40,118 nucleotides of DNA from a phage: sequence record PZ379598.1. The stretch is one strand, 5' to 3'. Position 1 is the stretch's first letter. Every line of letters begins with the position of its first letter. The notes beneath the pieces were generated by a model that worked only from the letters and a program-made list of their open reading frames with translations, had not been told where the DNA came from and did no database searches. Made by a program: the position numbers and the translations under genes. Below are positions 1-9,900 of this stretch, one piece after another.

Positions 1-151
1 AGACCAATAGTCCCTGCCTATCGTCCTTCCCTAAGCCATAGCCACAACCTATCGTTGACCTGAAGTCTTGACCATCGGTCTAACCTTATGATATACTGGG
101 GTAGGGCCTTTGGTCTGGACTGAAAGATGGCCTATGGGGGACTTGAGGTTC
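1..151. repeat. Direct terminal repeat, copy at window start
   Basis: Bases 1-151 are identical to 39968-40118; T7-like genomes carry direct terminal repeats of this size. Confidence 0.9.
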
Positions 152-400
152 TTGAACTGTGAGATGTGGTCTCAAACTTTTGGTCCAAAACTCATCGTCA
201 CTACTGTAGGCCACAGCCACTGTAGGTCAAGGACCGTAGGTCAGGCGACACTAGGATAGACCAATAAGTAGGATGACCCTAAGTGAGCTTCTCTTAAGGT
301 GTTACCTAAAGTCCTTGACTACAGTAGCTAAGGTCAGTAGAGTAGCGTCAGCTATGAACTGACCTTAGGTCTTCCGCTCATGAATCGTTACCATGATTGC
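152..400. repeat. Array of short degenerate repeats next to the terminal repeat (CTGTAGG / CCGTAGG / CTTAGGTC units)
   Basis: Repeated 7-9 bp units are visible between the terminal repeat and gene 19.5, positionally like the short repeat arrays flanking the T7 terminal repeats. Confidence 0.5.
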
Positions 401-401
401 G

Positions 402-560
402 TTAATTACACTGAGACACCAGAGAACATACGAGAGTCTCGACCCACCCGACCCACTGACTTCCAGCAGTAACGCCAGAAGCAAGTAGAACAGCAGCAAG
501 AAACCTGTATGTAGCTCGATTGGTCGCCAGAGCTTTAAGTACAGCTTTGGTCTTTGCCAT
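402..560 (-). CDS. gp19.5: gp19.5-like small protein (52 aa)
   Basis: Hand-translated ORF not in the 60-aa-cutoff track: MAKTKAVLKALATNRATYRFLAAVLLASGVTAGSQWVGWVETLVCSLVSQCN, resembling recalled T7 gp19.5 (TYRFL...CS motif). GGAGG lies upstream; it is the last gene, after large terminase. Coordinates +/-2 nt. Confidence 0.6.
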   Translation of the reverse strand: MAKTKAVLKALATNRATYRFLAAVLLASGVTAGSQWVGWVETLVCSLVSQCN

Positions 561-742
561 ATGCTACATACCTCCTGTATCTATGGTCGGTGACTATCTG
601 TATTGGAGGGATTATGATTAATATCACCCTCCTTCCATCGGTGCAAGCCTTAGGTAAGAACTCGGAGTCTGCCTCCTAAGGTCTTGCATAAAGTCTGCAT
701 ATGTATATTCACTATAGTAATACTATAAGTAACCGGGGGTCT

Positions 743-765
743 TCCCTATAGTGATAGTTAAGTCC
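743..765 (-). promoter_or_regulatory. Phage RNAP promoter (phiOR analogue)
   Basis: Plus-strand CCTATAGTGATAGTTAAG equals the minus-strand consensus CTTAACTATCACTATAGGGAAG; it sits downstream of terminase and upstream of gene 19.5. Confidence 0.75.
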
Positions 766-857
766 AAACTCCTTGTAAAACAGTAGGTTAGACTGGTAGT
801 AACTATAGGTTACTAACTGCTTATTAACTCAGTTTTCACCTATAGTTATTCATTCAG

Positions 858-2624
858 CTAGTGGAACGTAACGTATGCCCCTAGTCCAAGCTCGTCGTCC
901 GTATCGTGAGTTACCCGGACCCCATTGTCCCAGAACTCAGTGTGGATGGACTCGAAGCCTTTCCGTGGGTTCTCCATCTGTTCCTCCAGCCACTCCTCAG
1001 TGACTTCACGTTCTCCTTTGTTGGCATCCTTAGCCATAGACTCAACGAAGAACTGTACACCGATAGCCAGCGCATCAAGTCGGTCATCGTGTGCCAAGGC
1101 TCCACGTTCACGAGAGATACGTGTCATCTGGTAGAAGAGAGAGTAGATAGGGTTACGAACACCATCCTTATCAGAGGCCGACTGGTAGTCTTGGACGATA
1201 GCAGCAGCGTTAACGATAAGTCGGTGAGACCCCATGATAGGCTCCAGAACGTCACAGATGCGGAGTTCTTTCTGACCCTTACTCTTCACTTCAGTTACAG
1301 CCGCAGGATGGATACGGGCCGCTACAGGCTTGAATAGCTCAAGGTACATACCATCACCGAAGTTACCCTCAATGACGTATTCGTTGACCTTCCACTTACG
1401 ACCAATCTTAGCCAAGGCTTCCAGCGTAGAGTCTTCATAACCACCACGCATACCACCAACTTCCATAGCGAAGATGTAGCCGTTGAGCTGGTACAGTACC
1501 GCATAACCAGTTTCATCCTTACCACGACCACTAGGGTCAATGACCAGAATCTTCTGGGTGTACGAGCTAAAGGCAGAGCCTACAGTCTGATACGTGTGGT
1601 ACGAGTCACCCATGAGTCCAACGTTAGGAACGTCCTCACGCTTGTTCTGAGGGTTCGGCAACCATTGGTAGACCATTGGGCTGGACGCTGGGTCCAAGTC
1701 GGCTACGATAAGGTCACGGAGCTTCAGAGGGTACTTCTCGGCATCACTCAGGTTCGGGTTAAGCATGAACTGTAGAGCGAAGCCAGCTTTACCGTAGGAC
1801 AGCTCACGTTCCTTCAGGTCCGTATCATCGAAGCGTACTTCATCAGTCGGACGCCAGTAGAAGGACTCAGGGTCCTCTTCCAGCTCTGCCTGAAGCATAG
1901 GAGCCAGACGGTCGCCGTAAGACTGCCAGTCCTTCCTGTCGCGTGGATAACGAGCGGGCCAGATAGTAGTGGTGTACCCACGACCTTCCAGCTCACGGTA
2001 CAGGGTCATCTCGTTCTGAGGAGTACCCAGATAGATGATCGTACCTCCCGGCTTCAGGATAGCGTCGAACTCTTTCACAAGCTCTGATAGACGGTCTCGT
2101 GCAGCCTGAGTCGCTGAGTTGTTCGGAACCTCCACGTCATCGGCAATCAGGATGTCAGCACGACTACCAGTCAACTGACCAGTGATACCAACGGACTTAA
2201 CCGAAGGTGAGTGGTCTGGCTTGGCAGGTCCCACGTCGAAGCTGATAACCGCATCTCGCTGCCCCTGTTTAGGTTTGAGTTCCTGAAGCTGAGGCATGAG
2301 GTCGATGATTCGCTTGATGAAGATGGAGTTCGCATCGGCTCGTTCCTTTGAGGCCGACACAATCATGAACTTCAAGTCTGGGTTATTCCATAGCTTCCAG
2401 ACCACAAAGCCACAGGTCAAAAACGACTTGCCAATACCACGGAACGCCTGAAGGATGAAGCGGCGATTATCCCCAGCAGCCAGCTTCTTACACATATCTA
2501 TCTGGCAGCGGGTTGGAACCGGAAGACTTAGTGCTTTCCAGAGAACGAAGATGAAGAACACGAAGTCGTCCCTCATCCTTTGGACCATTTCTGCCTGTCT
2601 TTCAGCGGGTGTTTTCTTAGACAT
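858..2624 (-). CDS. gp19: Terminase large subunit (T7 gp19-like)
   Basis: 588 aa; near-colinear identity with recalled T7 gp19 ([58 protein letters not shown]). Confidence 0.95.
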   Translation of the reverse strand: MSKKTPAERQAEMVQRMRDDFVFFIFVLWKALSLPVPTRCQIDMCKKLAAGDNRRFILQAFRGIGKSFLTCGFVVWKLWNNPDLKFMIVSASKERADANSIFIKRIIDLMPQLQELKPKQGQRDAVISFDVGPAKPDHSPSVKSVGITGQLTGSRADILIADDVEVPNNSATQAARDRLSELVKEFDAILKPGGTIIYLGTPQNEMTLYRELEGRGYTTTIWPARYPRDRKDWQSYGDRLAPMLQAELEEDPESFYWRPTDEVRFDDTDLKERELSYGKAGFALQFMLNPNLSDAEKYPLKLRDLIVADLDPASSPMVYQWLPNPQNKREDVPNVGLMGDSYHTYQTVGSAFSSYTQKILVIDPSGRGKDETGYAVLYQLNGYIFAMEVGGMRGGYEDSTLEALAKIGRKWKVNEYVIEGNFGDGMYLELFKPVAARIHPAAVTEVKSKGQKELRICDVLEPIMGSHRLIVNAAAIVQDYQSASDKDGVRNPIYSLFYQMTRISRERGALAHDDRLDALAIGVQFFVESMAKDANKGEREVTEEWLEEQMENPRKGFESIHTEFWDNGVRVTHDTDDELGLGAYVTFH

Positions 2625-3054
2625 ATAGTCCCTCCAGCATTAGGTCCCGGACAGCGATAGACTCCTCTAAAGTGGGACGTGTTGTTCGCATATAGGCATT
2701 CCCGCGTTTAACCTGAATCCTATAACCATTCTGGTGACGGGTAACGCACTTCACTCCTGTCTTAGAGTCATAATGGCTACCAGTATTCCAAGTGTTTTCA
2801 GCGGCAGTAACGAGCCGTAAGTTACTTAAGGTATTATTGCTAGGGTTCCTGTAGATGTGGTCTATTTGCATACCATGCGGTATAGGACCATTGGTTAGTT
2901 CCCATATCACACGATGGGCCCGCTTACTGCCTAGACTTCGTGTCTGTACTATCCAATATCCCATCCGACTTAATGTTCCCACAGGCTTTCCAGTCCTAAC
3001 GGAGACCAGACCGGATGGACTAGCCGGGTCCACTTTGTAGTAATCACTTAACAC
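2617..3054 (-). CDS. HNH homing endonuclease
   Basis: 145 aa with an HNH core ([41 protein letters not shown]); overlaps the spanin 3' end and the terminase start. Confidence 0.8.
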   Translation of the reverse strand: MLSDYYKVDPASPSGLVSVRTGKPVGTLSRMGYWIVQTRSLGSKRAHRVIWELTNGPIPHGMQIDHIYRNPSNNTLSNLRLVTAAENTWNTGSHYDSKTGVKCVTRHQNGYRIQVKRGNAYMRTTRPTLEESIAVRDLMLEGLYV

Positions 3055-3496
3055 CTTGGAGCCTCCTTATTGTGTCCTGAAGCGCCTTCTCCTTAAGGTC
3101 TGCCTCCTGAGTTAATCGGATAAGACTTTTAGAAGTTTCTGGGTGTAGTTCGACTCTACCATTAGGGAAGCATCTACTGACATCTGACTCGGTGAGACCT
3201 GAGGTGTTGACTCGGACGCGCAGCCGCTTGTTATCGCGGTTAAGGTCAGCAATAATCCTATCAGTAGAGCCTTCCAGCGCGGACATCTTGTCTTGCCACT
3301 CGGCTGACACTTTGTTGATTTCACCTTGGACAGCAGCCCGTTGATTCTCTCGTGCCTCAAGTTTCGTGATGTACTCATTGTTTACCTTCGCCTCCCACTT
3401 ATTGTCTGCCACCCAGTAGCCAGAACAGAACAGGAGTCCTGCAACCAGCCACGGGATTGCTTTACGTAAAAGTTCGAGCATAGTTGCCCTCCTCAT
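3044..3496 (-). CDS. gp18.5: i-spanin (Rz-like, T7 gp18.5-like)
   Basis: 150 aa; N-terminal membrane anchor then coiled-coil; matches recalled T7 gp18.5 (LRKLIPW..AG.LF, EGSTDRII.DL..DNKRLRVRV, LQDTIR.LQ). Confidence 0.9.
   Translation of the reverse strand: MRRATMLELLRKAIPWLVAGLLFCSGYWVADNKWEAKVNNEYITKLEARENQRAAVQGEINKVSAEWQDKMSALEGSTDRIIADLNRDNKRLRVRVNTSGLTESDVSRCFPNGRVELHPETSKSLIRLTQEADLKEKALQDTIRRLQGVK
3112..3378 (-). CDS. gp18.7: o-spanin (Rz1-like) embedded in the +1 frame of the i-spanin gene
   Basis: Embedded ORF with a hydrophobic stretch followed by a lipobox-like TSGC and a Pro/Ser-rich tail; embedded Rz1 architecture is typical for T7. The true start is probably downstream of the ORF-track start. 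Confidence 0.65.
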   Translation of the reverse strand: MSTSRNLRHERINGLLSKVKSTKCQPSGKTRCPRWKALLIGLLLTLTAITSGCASESTPQVSPSQMSVDASLMVESNYTQKLLKVLSD

Positions 3497-3540
3497 TTCT
3501 CAGAATCCACGTAGCGTCTCCGCCCGTAGTGTGTGTTAAC

Positions 3541-3580
3541 CATAAAGGCCACTACATATAGTAATGACCTTGAGTCTAAC
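3541..3580 (-). promoter_or_regulatory. Putative RNase III processing hairpin (R18.5 position)
   Basis: One of three copies of a conserved element (minus strand ...GACTCAAGGTCATTACTATATGTAGTGGCCTTTATG); resembles the recalled T7 R1.1 hairpin. It sits between small terminase and the spanin gene. Confidence 0.6.
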
Positions 3581-3582
3581 AC

Positions 3583-3846
3583 TTACTGTACACCATACCC
3601 GGTGTCGTTATCCTCAGTAGCTGAGAGCACCTTATCGTACTCCCTGTTCAAAGCCTCCATATCAGCGAGCGTCTTCTCGTCAACAGACACCTTGCTTAGC
3701 ACGAAGTTGTGACGAGCCAGTAGCTTCTCAATGGCGTTGTAAAGCTGAGGTGAACGCTTAGAGTCATCCCGCAGGTCTTGCAGCATGAGTCTAGCACGTT
3801 CAGTATCCAGCATCAAGAGGAACTTCTCTAAGTCCATCTGCGTCAT
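3583..3846 (-). CDS. gp18: Terminase small subunit (T7 gp18-like)
   Basis: 87 aa; matches recalled T7 gp18 (F..MLDT, RSPQLYNAI.KLL.RH.F). Confidence 0.85.
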   Translation of the reverse strand: MTQMDLEKFLLMLDTERARLMLQDLRDDSKRSPQLYNAIEKLLARHNFVLSKVSVDEKTLADMEALNREYDKVLSATEDNDTGYGVQ

Positions 3847-4037
3847 GTTTTACCACCTCCTTTAATCGTTTTGTAGACTAGCACACCAATCTGGACAACG
3901 GTGTACGCGATAGCTGCAACGTAGAACCATTCGTTCAGTGTAAGTCCGAAGAAGAACCGACTGGCACCATCAGCCGCAGCGGTCCCGACGATAGGAGAGG
4001 CTTTAAGGACCTCATTCTTGAAGTCTAACTCAATCAT
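3843..4037 (-). CDS. gp17.5: Holin (T7 gp17.5-like, class II)
   Basis: 64 aa; near-identical core to recalled T7 gp17.5 (KA.PIVGT..AD...R.FFGL.LNEWFYVAAIAYTVVQIG). Confidence 0.9.
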   Translation of the reverse strand: MIELDFKNEVLKASPIVGTAAADGASRFFFGLTLNEWFYVAAIAYTVVQIGVLVYKTIKGGGKT

Positions 4038-4147
4038 AAAACCTCCAGTTTAAAGCGGGTCGTCCGTGACCCAAAGTTGTTACATACGTTGGTTAGCGTG
4101 TAGTTAGTCTCTACCCCCACCAACTTAATGGCAAAATGGTTTGTTTA

Positions 4148-4375
4148 TTACTTCTGTTCAAGAGCAGAAAGTCTGGCTTCGATTCTTTCCAGTTTTCTTC
4201 TCTGATAAGCGGCTTCAGCAAAGAAAATTCCGTCAGGCCGAACACCCCACTCCTCACCCTCTTCGTGAATAACCACCTCGGTGTATACAGGTTCTTCCGT
4301 AGTAGTGACATTACCCTCCTCGTCAGTGTGTTCAACGATTTCATTGTGCGAAAATACCGTACCAGTATTACTCAC
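4148..4375 (-). CDS. Hypothetical acidic protein (75 aa) downstream of the tailspike
   Basis: ORF begins with GTG overlapping the tailspike stop (GTGA overlap), has an acidic N-terminal half and a helical C-terminus (AEAAYQRRKLERIEARLSALEQK). No T7 counterpart between genes 17 and 17.5. Confidence 0.5.
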   Translation of the reverse strand: MSNTGTVFSHNEIVEHTDEEGNVTTTEEPVYTEVVIHEEGEEWGVRPDGIFFAEAAYQRRKLERIEARLSALEQK

Positions 4376-6903
4376 TTAGACATAACAGCTAATGCTTCCT
4401 GCATACGCTTAATAGTACGCCGCATCAACGCAGCCTCTAATATCAGTACTTCCTCGTAACGAATACCGTAGCGGGAACCTGCTGGTGTAATCAGTTTACG
4501 AGAGCCATTGGCATCTTCCTCGTATACATCATCCCAACTGTCGAAGCACAGGAAGCCATAGCTATGTGCATCTATACCGTGACGTTCGAAGGCCTCCTTA
4601 GCTCGCTGAGCGATGATGCCGAAGTGCCATCTAGCTGAGTCTGCACCCTTCTCCTCAATTCGGTCCAAGTACTGAAACTGCACAAAGTCAACTTCAGACC
4701 AAGCATCCAGTAAAGCATCTGAGATATTAAGAGGCTCTGTTTTATCCCTAGCATCTGAGACAACAGTGAATGCTGATTGAGTAAAACCGCCAGACCATGC
4801 TCGACTTGCGGAACCTAATGCGTATGTATTAGTACTATCTGGGGTCATTGCATCAGAACCTAACTGCAAATAACCTGTGCTACTGGTAGGAAGACGCACG
4901 TTGCCGTTGGTGAGGGACACTGTCCGATAAATACCATCAGAAGTAAATAGTCGAACTTGAGAAGATGCACCACCACCTACAGCTAATGACACAGCACCAT
5001 CCCCAAGCATTCTGTACTTATCAGCAGAAGTAAGAACGCCTGAAGGGAGTGACATGGACTTAATCCGCCATTCGAACCTACCTGACATACTACCTATGTA
5101 CTGCCCTAAGGCAGGTGCGTGCACTACGTTACTATTACTAGTGCCGTCAATAGTAGCTGCACCGTCAATAGTACTAACAGAACTGAGAAGGTCGTTTCTC
5201 CTGCCAGGGTGTTTTACCTCTACGAAGTTACGGGTAGAGCCGGATTCGAAAGTAATAACACCTGTAGCACTGTAGCTAGGAAATACAGACGCATAGTTGT
5301 TATTAGCTGTACCTATAAAGCGTGCAATTGTAGCAGTCTGCCCTTGTCCTGAAGAGTTAGTACCATCACATCCTGACATAAGCACATTATTTATGACGTT
5401 ATCAGACCCTTCTACGGTAACGCCATGAGCCTGATTAGCATCAGAAGTTGAGTAATCTACGAGCACGTCTGAGATTAAGTTCGTATTTCCTTTGCCTGCA
5501 ACAACCGCTGCATACTTAGGGTTATTAGCCATCACCCCCTTTATAATGTTATTAGAAGGAGCTATTGGCCCTTCAGTGCCGTTGTAAGTTACATGCTGGC
5601 AATCTGCCCCTATAACATTACTGACTATGTTGTAACTGGCTGTACCTTTCAACTCTACTGCTCCGAACTGAGGGTAGTTCTTAGCAATAACGTTATCTAT
5701 GAGGGAGTTAACTGAGGAGTCAGCAAGTACGCATCCGGCTGCCTTATTAGTAGCATAGCCGGAATAGCCACCTCGAATGCCTTTAATCATAAGTCCATCA
5801 GGTGGCGCATCATTAGGGTATGCGATTAAACTGAAACCAGTACCTTTAACGTTTGAGAAGTTAACGTCACTTACAGTAACATCGCTTCCACCCGCAAGAG
5901 ATACCTGCTGTCCCTGAGTTGTATCAGTCGCCTTATTACTTTCTACCGTAATATTACTTAAGCGACCTGTACGTGGATTGTTAAATACTAAGTAGTTACC
6001 TGTACTGGAACGGTGACTTAGCACGCCACTACCCCTACCGTCTAAGTTACAGTAATTACTATTAATACCAGAACTAGAGAATACACCTTCTGATGCTACG
6101 ACAGCTTTTTGAGAATTTAGTGAAGCAGCTATATTCTCCGTACTATCTGTTACACCATCCCCTTTAGCACCCCAGCCTCGAACATCACCCTCATCACGCC
6201 ATCTTGCCATCTGCAATTCCGGGTAGAGTATTGCCCCTTCCGGGTTTGAAATCTGACTTCTTAAAGCAGCATCACCAACACTAACCCACGCACCTAATCC
6301 AATCCCACCGGAAGTTTCAGGAGTTGAACCAGCAGGAACGTTCTTTGGAAGCGTACCATCCCAGCGGTAATAATCACCATCCTCTTCCCATAGCAGGACC
6401 TCGCTCCATGTTGTAACGTTGTAGCCTTTCTCGAAGGAGCGACGGGTAATATAGCCAATTAGACCAGCTTCCCTGATACTCGCAGCGATTCGGCGTGCTT
6501 CGTCCTCGCTATCCTTAGCGTTGCCAGCAGAGCTACCAGCAGCATCGGCATATTCCTTCGCTAAGTCAACCGTTTGGTCTCGACCTTCTTCTGCAATATG
6601 GATAGCCTGAAGCTCTGAATTGGTCAGGTCACTAGCTGTCAACACTGAGCCATTCCTGAAATCTACCACTAAGTCAGTTCCAGTCTGACGGTGAATACGA
6701 ACTATGTCGAAACCTGATTGGTCAACCAACATCTCAATCATCGTTGGATTAAGGAATCGGTAATCTCGACCAACTTCCAGTACACGGTTCAGGGTAGGGT
6801 TAGAGCTATTCACCAGCGTAACAACAACAAACGTTCTGGCTAGGTAGTCGAACTCAATCCTGTACTGAGTGTTTCCTGAAGGGAATTGTGTAATCGTGGA
6901 CAT
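4372..6903 (-). CDS. gp17: Tail fibre / tailspike: gp17-like N-terminal adaptor, central beta-helix (putative polysaccharide depolymerase), C-terminal intramolecular chaperone (peptidase S74-like)
   Basis: N-terminal ~150 aa match recalled T7 gp17 (EYLAR.FVVVTL, DYRF, LVDF.NGS.L.A.DL). The central region has repetitive N..I.NV..G beta-helix-like segments. The C-terminus has SDARDK (Ser-x4-Lys) and HFGIIAQRAKE resembling S74 chaperone motifs. Confidence 0.85.
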   Translation of the reverse strand: MSTITQFPSGNTQYRIEFDYLARTFVVVTLVNSSNPTLNRVLEVGRDYRFLNPTMIEMLVDQSGFDIVRIHRQTGTDLVVDFRNGSVLTASDLTNSELQAIHIAEEGRDQTVDLAKEYADAAGSSAGNAKDSEDEARRIAASIREAGLIGYITRRSFEKGYNVTTWSEVLLWEEDGDYYRWDGTLPKNVPAGSTPETSGGIGLGAWVSVGDAALRSQISNPEGAILYPELQMARWRDEGDVRGWGAKGDGVTDSTENIAASLNSQKAVVASEGVFSSSGINSNYCNLDGRGSGVLSHRSSTGNYLVFNNPRTGRLSNITVESNKATDTTQGQQVSLAGGSDVTVSDVNFSNVKGTGFSLIAYPNDAPPDGLMIKGIRGGYSGYATNKAAGCVLADSSVNSLIDNVIAKNYPQFGAVELKGTASYNIVSNVIGADCQHVTYNGTEGPIAPSNNIIKGVMANNPKYAAVVAGKGNTNLISDVLVDYSTSDANQAHGVTVEGSDNVINNVLMSGCDGTNSSGQGQTATIARFIGTANNNYASVFPSYSATGVITFESGSTRNFVEVKHPGRRNDLLSSVSTIDGAATIDGTSNSNVVHAPALGQYIGSMSGRFEWRIKSMSLPSGVLTSADKYRMLGDGAVSLAVGGGASSQVRLFTSDGIYRTVSLTNGNVRLPTSSTGYLQLGSDAMTPDSTNTYALGSASRAWSGGFTQSAFTVVSDARDKTEPLNISDALLDAWSEVDFVQFQYLDRIEEKGADSARWHFGIIAQRAKEAFERHGIDAHSYGFLCFDSWDDVYEEDANGSRKLITPAGSRYGIRYEEVLILEAALMRRTIKRMQEALAVMSK

Positions 6904-6953
6904 TATGCCTCCTTTGTGATTTAAATGGAGACCTATGGTAGCGCCTCCAGTTT

Positions 6954-6971
6954 CCTATAGTGATAGTTTAG
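6954..6971 (-). promoter_or_regulatory. Phage RNAP promoter (phi17 analogue)
   Basis: Plus-strand CCTATAGTGATAGTTTAG; upstream of the tail fibre gene. Confidence 0.8.
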
Positions 6972-9900
6972 TCCTTGATGTGGATGCCTTGCTCCTCAAA
7001 CGTTCCAAGCAGCAGCTTCTGGGTAATGGGGTCGTTCGGAACCAGTTCACGTAACGTATTATACATCCCGGTCATGTAGTCACGCTCGTTGACACGAGTA
7101 TCAGCCTTGAGGTAGCCAGCCAAGTTGTAAGCCGAAGCGCCAACGTTAGCAGCATATCCGAAAGCTGGAACCTGCTCCAAGAAGTTACCAACAACATTCA
7201 TCACAGGGTCACTTGTAGCTGCACCATACGCGATGGCACGCTCAGGCTTCTCTGTAGGAGAACGAGGTAGGATAGACGAACGGAGCATCTTAGTGTCCTC
7301 ATATCCAGCGATGCCTCCCAGAATGTTAGCTACCCCAAGTGGGCCACCAAGATGTGAACTACGGGACAGGGCCGCATAGCCAATCATCGTTGGGTCCAGA
7401 GCTTGCTTAAGGTAGTCACGGTCTCGACCATCCTGCATAGCATAAGCCTTGACATGCGCCTGAGCCATGTAGTAGATACCAGCCAGACCCATAGACATCA
7501 CGGTCGACAGTGCAGCGTCAATCGCTCTGTTGTTCTTCGTGGCGTTATAGAAGGTTCGCATGGTTCTCCCATTGATAGACTTGATGACGAAGTTCTTAAA
7601 CTGAAGTACAGTCTTAGCGAGAGGACCATAAGCCTTGGCGTCCATGTTTGACAGCTTATGAGGCCGGAGTAACGTCTCGTCAGCGATGGTGTCACCCATA
7701 CGCCACAGGTCCATAGCCCTTGGGTCCTGACTGAACGCCTTCTTATCCTTGATGGTGTACTTCCCGTCTGGCCCACGAGTCACTGACTCACGGATTAGGG
7801 ACTTAATTCCACTCCACTGCTCGTCAGATATACCAGCGGTCTTCAGCCAGCGGTCATCGAACTTACGCTTACTACCAGTCAGGCTATGCTCCACGATGTC
7901 AGACAGGAAGCCTTGACGTCCAGCATCTAACAGGTAGTTGGTCGTACCGTTGAGGACTTTAGTGAACGGAGAGCGTACTGCAAGTTCACCAGTGTAATAC
8001 TTAGCAGTCCCCAGAGCTGTAGCTGTACCACGACTAAGGTCACTGTAAGATCGCAGACGGTCGATAACATCCTGTTTAGACGGACGGATTGAGTCGTCCA
8101 ATTCTTTACCGAAGATAACATTATGCAGGTCCTTAATCTCCGAGGCCCCAACCTTCTTGTTACGGAAGGCTAGGTCACGGAAAATTGGGACTCCATGAAG
8201 CATTGCACGAACGTTACCACGAGCCAGCATACCACCAATCTCCGTTAAGTTCTGAACACCCATGTAGGCATTCTTAGCGAAGAACGATAGGTCTGTCATT
8301 GTGCGCATCACTGTAGCGAAGGCTGCATCATCAGCACCATCACGTCGAGCACGACCAGTGAGAATCTTCAAGGTGTCACGTAAGGTAGATACCTCACCTT
8401 TCAACTTACCGTCATCCCCAGCCTTGTTCATCATGGTCTCAACCAAGTCCTTCATGTCCTTCGTGGTCTTTCCTGTACCAGCCATGATAGCGATGTCCCC
8501 ATTAATTCTACGGTTGTACGCCGGAACAATCTTGTCCATGTCCCACTCACGCAGATTGTTGACACTGAACGTCTGACCGTTAGGTAGGACGATTGACATA
8601 TCGCTATCGAACAGGTTACGAGCCTCAAGGAAGCTGTTGTTCTCCAGACCCACCAGACCATTGATGTTCTCTTCCATTACGGATGAACGCTCGAACTGCT
8701 CGGTGTGAGAGATACCATAAGCCTTATCGTTGGCGTACTTATCGACCGCAGCCGCAAGTCCTTCTGGAGTCAACGTAGGGTCAGCCTCTAAGAGTGCCTC
8801 GTCCACACGTTTCTTGACCTCAGGTCGAGACGCATAGCTGGTCAACCATGACTTCTTGATGGCCTCCTGTAGTGCCTCTGGACTTCCAAGCTCCTTGATG
8901 TACAGCTCCTTCATCTGTTTGCTATACACATGCGGGACGTAGGTTCCCTTGAAGTGGCTACCCGGAAAGATAGACTGAGCGTCTGGACGACCAAACATCG
9001 CTGGGTTCTCCATCATCTCACGCTTGGCGTCGAACTGGTTCTTCAGTAGGTCATAGACTTTCATTTCTCCCGGAGTCAGTTCAGCCTTCAGGTTTCCGCT
9101 ACCGTCTTCGATAGCCATAGACACACGCTGGTAGATGTCCTGACGGAATGCGCCAGAGTCTCGCCAGAATGCAGTCTGGAAGTACGGGTCCTTTAGTGCC
9201 TCAGTAACCGCATCGTCGATGTCGTTGTAGAACCGATGGTCCACAGAACGAAGTCTCTCGAACACGTCTGACGCAGTTGTCCCGATTTTACCTGAGGCCC
9301 CAGACTGCATACCAGTAGGTGAACGCACTAAGTCAGCAGCTACTCCACGAATCTCAGGGTTCTCAGACCGAAGCAGCTTCAGGCCAATCTCGGTAAGTCC
9401 ACCAAGGTTCACACCAGCAGCGGCACGTTCCGGCTCAATCACTTCGTCAAAGACTTGACGTGTCTTAGGGTTCAGAGGGTTCTCACCAATCAGGATTGAA
9501 CCGTCTTCCAGTCGTACACTTCCCGGCTCATTCGGAACGTCAGCGAACTTAACGCCTTGATGACTAAAGGTCTGCTCACCTTCCTGAATAGGTAGACGAG
9601 ATAGGTCCTGACCATCAACGTTACGAGCAGTCTCACGAGCTTCCAGACGTGTAGCTGGACCAGCAAACTCATTAGTGTTGCGGCCTAAGGCTCTACCTAG
9701 TCCATCAGCGATAGCAGTCATACCGCCACCGAAGAGAGCACCACCAAGGATAGCTTCAGCCACATGAGCATCACCACCAGCCACTGAGGTACGTGCCATC
9801 TCAGACACACCAGCCAGTGCTCCAGATTGAGCCGCCACTGTGAACATCTTGTTTACCAGCTTACCGCCCTTACCAACCTGTCCAGCAATAGGAACGTAGG

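Noticed and set aside
700-730. Plus-strand T7-like promoter core TTCACTATAGTAAT near the genome end
   Set aside because: Only the initiation box matches; the upstream specificity region does not, and it points against the direction of all genes.
906-1337. Plus-strand ORFs throughout the window (for example 906..1337, 10259..10726, 18344..18904, 34823..35179)
   Set aside because: All are antisense to well-supported, conserved minus-strand genes; T7-like genomes are transcribed in one direction only, and no plus-strand promoter with the full consensus was found.
4111-4344. 77-aa basic ORF overlapping the acidic ORF downstream of the tailspike
   Set aside because: It occupies the same DNA in another frame as the ORF that is translationally coupled to the tailspike; I kept the coupled frame. 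The choice is unresolved without codon-usage statistics.
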